A stretch of DNA of 64,000 bases from a virus: IMG/VR virus record IMGVR_UViG_3300021079_000001, positions 32,001-96,000 of that record. One strand, written 5' to 3'. The notes beneath the pieces are model-generated. The model ran no database searches and was not told the DNA's origin. It worked only from the letters and a program-made list of their open reading frames with translations. Below are positions 57,516-64,000 of the stretch, piece after piece (position 1 is the stretch's first letter; each line of letters begins with the position of its first letter). The position numbers were made by a program, and so were the translations under genes.

Positions 57516-58448
57516 CTAGTAATCTGTATCTGCTATTATATCTGTTGCTGGTATGAAGGTATTGTTAGTTGATTGCTGGAATGTGGCTGCATCAAACTCT
57601 GTCAGTAATCCCATTGTATAACTGCCTTTACAACCATGCTCTACATCTGTAATTTGCTTGTGCCATTTTTCTAGTCCACCTTTCCAATTACCTGTACTAA
57701 CAGCACTATTAACAACCTGCATAGTAGGTGAATAACGGCTACCATCTTTTACCTGCCGACCTAGTATTTCTGGCCAGAATTTCTGTTGGTGTACCAATTG
57801 ACCATCCTTTTCTTTTGTTTGTACATATGCCAGTATCACTATCTCACCTGTTAGAGAATCTTCCTTTGACAGTTTCAACAATGCACGATATTCATCTGTA
57901 ATATACTTATCTACATTGCGAAATAGTTTCTTAGAGTCAAATAGTATATTGGTAGCTGGATCAGAAAACTTCACATTGGATAACCAGGGTTTCAGGAATT
58001 TGTACCAGTCTGCCTCACCAGAGAGCCCTTGCCTAACTATTTTGTCTGCTGTATTCTCCTTGGATTTGAAATCCTGGAAATGTGTGAACCAATCCTGTAG
58101 GTTCTCTAGACTATCTGCACTACCGTTATCTCCAGTCTGAGATACGAACTGCAGTTTTTTCGATGTTGGCCATATCATCAGTTTGTCTGTGATATAGTAT
58201 GGTATACGGAATTTCTGACCAGTGAACTCACTACTAGTAATTTCTACCCATGGTACTATCTGTATCTGTTCATCACCATCTTTCGATTTTCCCTCATACT
58301 CCAATTCCTTCTTCTCTGGATCTACAGTACTATTGTACATTTCTGCAACTGCTGCCCTATCTGGATTAATAGCAATGACCTTTGCCGAGAATATGCCAGT
58401 GAATAATTTACCACCACTTCCTGTATTTGTTTGTTTCACTAATTCCAT
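57516..58448 (-). CDS. Putative single-stranded DNA-binding/annealing protein (crAss-like)
   Basis: KLFTG...KVIAINP N-terminus and acidic aromatic C-terminus (DTDY); lies between the Sak4-like ATPase and the primase. Confidence 0.55.
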   Translation of the reverse strand: MELVKQTNTGSGGKLFTGIFSAKVIAINPDRAAVAEMYNSTVDPEKKELEYEGKSKDGDEQIQIVPWVEITSSEFTGQKFRIPYYITDKLMIWPTSKKLQFVSQTGDNGSADSLENLQDWFTHFQDFKSKENTADKIVRQGLSGEADWYKFLKPWLSNVKFSDPATNILFDSKKLFRNVDKYITDEYRALLKLSKEDSLTGEIVILAYVQTKEKDGQLVHQQKFWPEILGRQVKDGSRYSPTMQVVNSAVSTGNWKGGLEKWHKQITDVEHGCKGSYTMGLLTEFDAATFQQSTNNTFIPATDIIADTDY

Positions 58449-58471
58449 GTGTCTATTTGTTTTGTTGTTTG

Positions 58472-58657
58472 TTATTTGTAAATTGACTTTTCTATGTGTT
58501 TATCGAATTCTTCTCTGCTAATTACTTTCACTTTGCTATGTTTACATAACCATACTATATATGAGAATACCTCGTCTGTACTGACAGTATCACTCTTTCC
58601 TTTCATTGTATCACGTATCATCTTACCTATATCTGTACGTATTAGTGATTGACTCAT
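58472..58657 (-). CDS. Hypothetical protein
   Basis: Coupled ORF. Confidence 0.45.
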   Translation of the reverse strand: MSQSLIRTDIGKMIRDTMKGKSDTVSTDEVFSYIVWLCKHSKVKVISREEFDKHIEKSIYK

Positions 58658-58896
58658 ATGGATTTCATTACTGTTATTATTGAATTTCTGTCTATTTCAT
58701 GTATTTTCACCGTTGCCATCATACTCACGTTGTCATCATATTCACATACTGCTTTACCTGCACATTCTATCACTATACTCTTCCCATATGTACGTAATAG
58801 TAGGGCCAGTGTTTTCGGTGATATTGCATACATATTATCACCTGTTTTGGGTTCTCCTAGCATTTCTTGTATATACTGTTCTGCTGTCTGTATCAT
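58654..58896 (-). CDS. Small hypothetical protein (YAxxVIDxC family)
   Basis: TAEQY...RTYGKSIVIECAGKA...IDRNSI. Confidence 0.55.
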   Translation of the reverse strand: MIQTAEQYIQEMLGEPKTGDNMYAISPKTLALLLRTYGKSIVIECAGKAVCEYDDNVSMMATVKIHEIDRNSIITVMKSI

Positions 58897-59114
58897 TGTA
58901 ATTCCTGTTTGAATTTCTCGAATGTATCATAACTATATTCAGCAGTACCATCTTCATCATCTACATATATCATATCTGGCCTAGAGAGTATATGGTCTAT
59001 AACCCCCTTGGCATATTCTCGCATAGCTGCATATACAATACTATCTGTCCATACACCATCTGATTGGTCATGTGCGTATAATAGTCCCATTGCTACTTCT
59101 TTTGCTGTTCTCAT
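58893..59114 (-). CDS. Small hypothetical protein (YAxxVIDxC family)
   Basis: MRTAKEV...AMREYAKGVIDH...FKQELQ. Confidence 0.55.
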   Translation of the reverse strand: MRTAKEVAMGLLYAHDQSDGVWTDSIVYAAMREYAKGVIDHILSRPDMIYVDDEDGTAEYSYDTFEKFKQELQ

Positions 59115-59118
59115 ATAT

Positions 59119-59958
59119 CTACTTCTTGTCAGGTGAGATGAAAATTTTGCCCCAGTTTAATGGCCCAGAAAATCCTGTCAAATGTGTAGCACGTACACCA
59201 CCTAATTGTTGGTCATTACCCTTAAATGAAATCATGAATGTACCATCTTCATTCCACACATTAGCAGTTCCGTCCACAAGTCGGGGAAGTATATCGCGCG
59301 TTTTTCCAACCAGGGCTAAATCCTTGATCATTACCTGTTCCTTGTTCTTCTCGGCTATCATCTTATCGGCCACATGGCACACGAATATAGTACATATCTT
59401 TCCCAGATTCTTCAATGCCTCAAATATGTCCAATATAGCAGTCCTACTGTACTGATAGCCAAAACCGTTCGGGAGAGATAATACACTCTGATAATTTGGA
59501 TCAGATGGTGGTAGCATAATTGATTTCTTTGTATTTGGATCTATAACTATCTGCCCTTGGTCATCTGTAACCCGATTGAAATTCTTACCAGCTACACTAT
59601 GCATATATGAAAATGTTCCTACAGCCTCAGCATCAATGTCTAACTGTGAAATAGTATCTATAATTACATAGTCATATGGATATCCTGCTTCTCTGATAGT
59701 CTTTGCTAGTTCTTTTAACCACTTGAATCGGGATACTGGCCCATATGCAGATGGTGGCAGCATTACATTCGCTGTAACAAACTCTGCCCCATCTTCTACA
59801 TCTATCAATAAATGGTTCGGTAATTGACTACATGCAGTTGTCTTACCCGATTTCTCTTTCCCATATATTAGTAGGTTTCTCGGATTCACTGCAGTTGCTT
59901 TTCTTGGTGCTGTAGGTAGAACGATACCTCCTTTCTTTTCTTCTTTGTTTGTTTCCAT
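59119..59958 (-). CDS. Sak4-like / AAA_24 P-loop ATPase
   Basis: LLIYGKEKSGKTT, LIDVEDG, VIIDTIS, IFVCHV; likely start ATG 59958. Confidence 0.85.
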   Translation of the reverse strand: METNKEEKKGGIVLPTAPRKATAVNPRNLLIYGKEKSGKTTACSQLPNHLLIDVEDGAEFVTANVMLPPSAYGPVSRFKWLKELAKTIREAGYPYDYVIIDTISQLDIDAEAVGTFSYMHSVAGKNFNRVTDDQGQIVIDPNTKKSIMLPPSDPNYQSVLSLPNGFGYQYSRTAILDIFEALKNLGKICTIFVCHVADKMIAEKNKEQVMIKDLALVGKTRDILPRLVDGTANVWNEDGTFMISFKGNDQQLGGVRATHLTGFSGPLNWGKIFISPDKK

Positions 59959-59969
59959 ATGTTGTTTGT

Positions 59970-60176
59970 TTACTTGTTCTTCTTGTCTGTAATGGCTATG
60001 AATGTTTTCCATCGTTCTGCATCTAGCTCATACTCTTCCTGTGCAGCTTTGTATCCGGCTTTCCATGCTCTATATACCTCATTCTCGTTGTACCCATCAG
60101 AGAGTTCGGGAGTCATCCAGTTCTCTGCTTGCTGTATATGAGCCCAACAGGCTGCTTCTATTTCTTGTTCTGTCAT
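59970..60176 (-). CDS. Hypothetical protein
   Basis: AWKAGYKAA motif typical of small phage ORFs. Confidence 0.5.
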   Translation of the reverse strand: MTEQEIEAACWAHIQQAENWMTPELSDGYNENEVYRAWKAGYKAAQEEYELDAERWKTFIAITDKKNK

Positions 60177-60178
60177 GG

Positions 60179-60397
60179 TTATTGTAATTCATTTTTCAGT
60201 GTTTCTACTATTTCATCCATATCACTATAGTCCCTATCTGATACTACACTAATAGTTAACCTATCCCGTAGTTCGTCTATAGCTTCTCTGGCATACCGGT
60301 GACATATTTCTGACATCTCAGCATTTCCTATATCTTCCGAATATTTCACATGCATTTCTTTGAACACTTCCTGTGTAATTTCTATCACTGATCTCAT
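60179..60397 (-). CDS. Small hypothetical protein (YAxxVIDxC family)
   Basis: CHRYAREAIDEL...LKNELQ. Confidence 0.55.
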   Translation of the reverse strand: MRSVIEITQEVFKEMHVKYSEDIGNAEMSEICHRYAREAIDELRDRLTISVVSDRDYSDMDEIVETLKNELQ

Positions 60398-60618
60398 ATC
60401 TGCTCTGTTTTACTGTCTATGTACTGCTGATACAGTTGCTCCCGAGTGTTAGTTTCTTGTTCGAATGTAGAGCATTTTGTAGTTACCCATTCCAGTACTG
60501 CTATACACTCTTGCCTGGAGTACTTTTCCATATATATTTCAATACTTTCTGTCATTCCATGCTTCTCGGAGATATTCCATAATAGCTTATCCTCTCTTAT
60601 TATCTGTTCTGCTGTCAT
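60394..60618 (-). CDS. Small hypothetical protein (likely start MTAEQ)
   Basis: ATG overlapping the HNH stop; MEKYSRQECI. Confidence 0.5.
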   Translation of the reverse strand: MTAEQIIREDKLLWNISEKHGMTESIEIYMEKYSRQECIAVLEWVTTKCSTFEQETNTREQLYQQYIDSKTEQI

Positions 60619-61379
60619 TCTGTTACTGCTTTTACCTCGTTCATAATACGTTGTCTGGCATTTCTTTTCTTTCTGTAATTGTTTGCACATAATCTACAAT
60701 ATGAGTAGAGACCATCTCCTTTTCTATTTTTTCGACTATGTTTATTGAATTGATCATACAATTTATTTTCACTACACATTCTACATTTTTTGTAGCCTTC
60801 TTTTGGTAAACTGCTTATATAATCTTCATACTCTTTCAACTTTTCAGAGGTCAATACATTCAATCTTGCAAATTCCCCATGGTATTTCAATGCCATTTCA
60901 TTGTATACTACAGCAGCTTCTACTTCTAATTTGCAATTCTTTCTATATGTTACATTATTACAATCTAACTCAGCTACCCAATAACTATATTTTTCACGAT
61001 TCTTTTGTAATGATACACCTTTGTATATGGAAGTAACTTTATCGCTGATTTTTCTTTCACTATTAGCTATATTTTGCCCATTAGTAGCTACTCTCAGATT
61101 ACTTCTCTGATTGTTCAGTGTATTTCTGTCTATATGATCTCCGAATAATTTGGAATCAGTTATAGACAGTATCATTCTATGCATTCGAATAGTTGTATAT
61201 TTTTGTTTACCTTCAAGGTACTCTTTACAGCCACGTCTAGTAACATATATAGCCTCTGTATGATGGTGCTTATAACCACTCCAATTATACTGATTCAACC
61301 ATTCGTAGTCTTCATCATCTACCATTGCATAATTCTCAATAACTGAACCATGTTTTCCACCTAACCATATTTCTTTCAT
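60615..61379 (-). mobile_element. HNH-AP2 homing endonuclease with C-terminal Zn ribbon
   Basis: AMVDDEDY, RMHRMIL...DHIDRNTLNNQRSNLR; S.YKGVS...EAAVVYNEMALKYHGEFARLN; CRMC...CRLC. Confidence 0.92.
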
Positions 61380-61490
61380 TCCTATAGACTATTATGGCCT
61401 ACCAGAACTAACTGTATGGTACACAGCTTTGTCCTAATAGGCCAATATCTTGATAACGGGTACCATCCGTTTTGTCTATACAAATGTCGT
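61380..61490 (-). ncRNA. Structured 5' leader (kissing loops) with GACATTTG promoter-like element
   Basis: Pairs 61395-61407/61432-61444, loop-loop 61416-61422/61460-61466, 61455-61459/61467-61471 and 61383-61389/61474-61480. Confidence 0.6.
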
Positions 61491-61521
61491 ACATTTCACT
61501 GGGATTTCCAACTATTTGGTT

Positions 61522-62730
61522 CTACTTTTCTTGTATTATCCTATCTCTATTTGAAGGAAATCCCTGGAAGGGTTTGCTCATTATCTGTTTCTCTTCCCGT
61601 TCTATCTCTGTAGGTAGGAAGTAGCGACCAGTGGTTATCTCCCCATATATAGCATTGTCTATAGGACTCTCTACTGTGATACGGGGCATAGTCTTCAATA
61701 TTCCATATGTTGGGTGCATAGCTATTGGCCATTGTATATTCTCACCATCGAAGTTGTTCTTCAGCATATGTAGTGACCGGTAATAGGTACGTAACTTCTT
61801 GTCTCGTAACTTCTGTAGATCATATCCATTGTGGTCTGCCCTTTCCCCTGCAGGTATATGTGGATATGGGTTGAACATTGCTAATACTATATCTGCTGAT
61901 TTCTGAGTCTGTGAGCTATCTGCGAAGTCACTGAGTTTCGGTACCAGATCCCCTACCAACTTCCGTCTACTGGTATCTGATATAGCCCTGTTCAAGTGCT
62001 GTACTATGATTGGAGAGAATCCGTATATATCTCTAGCTTCATACATAGTTCTATTGAACTTGTCTACTAGTCCTTTTTCTTTCAGGTCCTTCTCCTGATC
62101 CAGTACACTTGCATTGTCCCCTACTATCAGTACTATATGGTTGGGGTGATGTGGTTTGTACTCCCTCTTTGCCAGTATATTGTCCATACTGGTATCTGAC
62201 CTATCCTTGTCTATTATAGTACCGTGTTTCCTGGCGAATGCTTCTATATACTTGCTGATACCTGTAGGGTTGTGACTTCCTTGGAATGCTATCAGTAGAT
62301 CATCCTTCTCCCACTCATCTAGTATTTCACTGTACTTTTCCAACAGAGCATATTCCTCATCAGATAGCTGTTCATTCACCTTTCTACCCAGTATCCGTTT
62401 CGGATGTATCTCTCTACCTGTTTCTTCATATATCTTTCTGGAGATCCAGCGGCTACTGTATGCCGTCATACGCCTTTCCATCAGGAACGATATCACAGAT
62501 AACTTCATCCCTACCGGTTTGTGTTTCAGGTACCATTCTATAGGATCTATGATGAATGTAGTCTGTGCGAGAGTTGTCTTACCTGCAGTAGGCTCTCCAC
62601 CTATCAACACCATAGTACTCTTGCCTATCTCCATATAGTCACATACCCTATCTAGATTTATCGGTATAGTGCCTCCACCTGGTGCTCTACCAGCTTTGAT
62701 CTCTTCTAATAGGTCCTGTCTGAGGCTCAT
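61522..62730 (-). CDS. Replicative SF4 (DnaB-like) helicase
   Basis: GGEPTAGKTT, FLMER, IVGDN, IIVQHLNR, P.LSDFADS...ADIVLAMF, LKN. Confidence 0.85.
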   Translation of the reverse strand: MSLRQDLLEEIKAGRAPGGGTIPINLDRVCDYMEIGKSTMVLIGGEPTAGKTTLAQTTFIIDPIEWYLKHKPVGMKLSVISFLMERRMTAYSSRWISRKIYEETGREIHPKRILGRKVNEQLSDEEYALLEKYSEILDEWEKDDLLIAFQGSHNPTGISKYIEAFARKHGTIIDKDRSDTSMDNILAKREYKPHHPNHIVLIVGDNASVLDQEKDLKEKGLVDKFNRTMYEARDIYGFSPIIVQHLNRAISDTSRRKLVGDLVPKLSDFADSSQTQKSADIVLAMFNPYPHIPAGERADHNGYDLQKLRDKKLRTYYRSLHMLKNNFDGENIQWPIAMHPTYGILKTMPRITVESPIDNAIYGEITTGRYFLPTEIEREEKQIMSKPFQGFPSNRDRIIQEK

Positions 62731-62734
62731 AGTT

Positions 62735-63322
62735 CTATTGCTTGTTTGCTAACTTGTTCATTGCTATTTGACGTATTTGCCATACCAGTTGCTCACTATT
62801 CCATTTCTGTATTGTCCGAGGAGCTTCTAATCTACCATCTATCAGTATCTGTAATTCCCGGTAACTGAACATTGGTTTGTTATCCGCTATGTATATATTC
62901 AATACATCAGCATTCTTCCAGTATTGATAATTGTCTACATCGTATGAGATACATTCTGGGCATGGTTCTATGGTTTCTGTTGTCCAGTCATTCACATTCA
63001 GCCTTTCCAACCATATACTGTCTCCCTGATATACTTGTACACCATCCATAGTAGACATCAGCCATTTCTTTTTCTCACTATCATTCCTCGTACCTTCCTG
63101 CTGTAGTATATTGTGTATAGTATCTGCTACTGCCGGTGTCACTATATAGCATACACCATCTATCTGCATATCTACCTTTTCCTGTACTGGTTCTTGTTGC
63201 TGATCCCATAACCCCTGTTCCTGTAGGTACTGTATGATTTCATCTATACATTGTCCATCTGATTTTCTACCATTATCTTGTACTATACTGCGGATAACGG
63301 CTGCTAACTTTGTTGTTTCCAT
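62735..63322 (-). CDS. Hypothetical protein
   Basis: 195-aa ORF; TMDGVQVYQGD. Confidence 0.55.
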   Translation of the reverse strand: METTKLAAVIRSIVQDNGRKSDGQCIDEIIQYLQEQGLWDQQQEPVQEKVDMQIDGVCYIVTPAVADTIHNILQQEGTRNDSEKKKWLMSTMDGVQVYQGDSIWLERLNVNDWTTETIEPCPECISYDVDNYQYWKNADVLNIYIADNKPMFSYRELQILIDGRLEAPRTIQKWNSEQLVWQIRQIAMNKLANKQ

Positions 63323-63324
63323 AT

Positions 63325-63882
63325 TTATGCACAGTTGTTATTAGTTTCTGTATATTCTTCCTCTTCTTCAGTACCTATCATAGCCTCATAACGGGCCTGT
63401 CTGATCCACACTTCGAGACTTGGAAGGTACTGCATACCATTATTACCACTCTCATAGCTCTCTTCCTTGACCATCTGTATCTGTTTCCTTACTGCTCCTA
63501 GTATCTGGTCATGTGTTACACTACCTACAGCTACTGCTTTTAGATATAACATCTCACACACTTGGTAGTTAGCACGTAACACTCTAGAACTTTTCCAACT
63601 TATTCCTCTGTAGGAAAATGATGCACTAGATGGATATGCATCCCAAATGGTTTGAAATTTACTATCTACTACTATTGGTTTCTTTTTCTCTTTGACTGTA
63701 CCTGTATCTACCAGATATTCATCTAATTTCAAACTCATCAATATACCACTAATAGTACCTACGGTAACTGCTCTGGTTGTTTTTCCATTGACCAATGTAG
63801 TTACATCCAGAGAACCTTCATTCTTCAATTTCTCTGCTATATATTGCATCAATTTGGCAAAATCACTATTTGTTATTTGCAT
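63325..63882 (-). CDS. Putative replication initiator/DNA-binding protein (start may be GTG 63942)
   Basis: FQTIWDAYP...YLPSLEVWIRQARYE, an initiator-type C-terminal domain, upstream of the helicase. Confidence 0.55.
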   Translation of the reverse strand: MQITNSDFAKLMQYIAEKLKNEGSLDVTTLVNGKTTRAVTVGTISGILMSLKLDEYLVDTGTVKEKKKPIVVDSKFQTIWDAYPSSASFSYRGISWKSSRVLRANYQVCEMLYLKAVAVGSVTHDQILGAVRKQIQMVKEESYESGNNGMQYLPSLEVWIRQARYEAMIGTEEEEEYTETNNNCA

Positions 63883-64000
63883 CTGTAATTTGATTTGTTG
63901 TAGAAGAAATTGGGTACACAATGTACATAATTTCTCCCACAATTGCTAGTAAATTATTGCATATTTTTCACTATTATCTGAACCATAAATACCTAATCAG

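Noticed and set aside
60615-61560. Tail duplication between the helicase (RDRIIQEK*) and HNH-AP2 (RQRIMNEVK)
   Set aside because: Suggestive of the same mechanism but too weak to claim.
8421-62730. Self-splicing introns or inteins in RNAP, RecA, primase or helicase
   Set aside because: The genes are continuous and no intein or group I core motifs were recognised; the endonucleases are free-standing.
1-64000. Stop-codon reassignment as in some crAss-like clades
   Set aside because: Very long ORFs are intact in the standard code, and TAG, TGA and TAA all terminate tightly coupled genes.
1-64000. tRNA or rRNA genes
   Set aside because: No cloverleaf/TTCGA-type or rRNA sequence recognised in the few intergenic gaps; a tRNAscan run would be needed to exclude them fully.

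Overview
Segment of a large, AT-rich, crAss-like (Crassvirales-related) phage, probably of a Bacteroidota host (TAnnTTTG promoters, no Shine-Dalgarno). It reads in the standard genetic code. The window has two convergent arms. The + arm (1-38982) is virion/late: internal cargo proteins, a 5027-aa virion RNA polymerase (DFDVD motif) carrying zincin, J-domain-like and C-terminal NADAR modules, an HExxE protein plus PurD-like ATP-grasp ligase pair, and a 1927-aa polyvalent protein with a circularly permuted histidine phosphatase and a PD-(D/E)xK nuclease. It also holds fibre/Thr-rich proteins, a DxD glycosyltransferase and lysis-type membrane genes. The - arm (38979-64000) is replication/recombination: RecA, two PD-(D/E)xK nucleases, DnaA-domain-IV protein, M28 peptidase and partner, degenerate UDG, DUF932, primase, SSB-like, Sak4-like ATPase, DnaB-like helicase and many small ORFs. 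Five free-standing homing endonuclease genes plus one remnant are present. Several appear to have inserted into the 3' end of the upstream gene and rebuilt it, and three unrelated ones share a promoter-linked pseudoknot/kissing-loop leader. All family calls come from motif recognition by eye; no searches were run.
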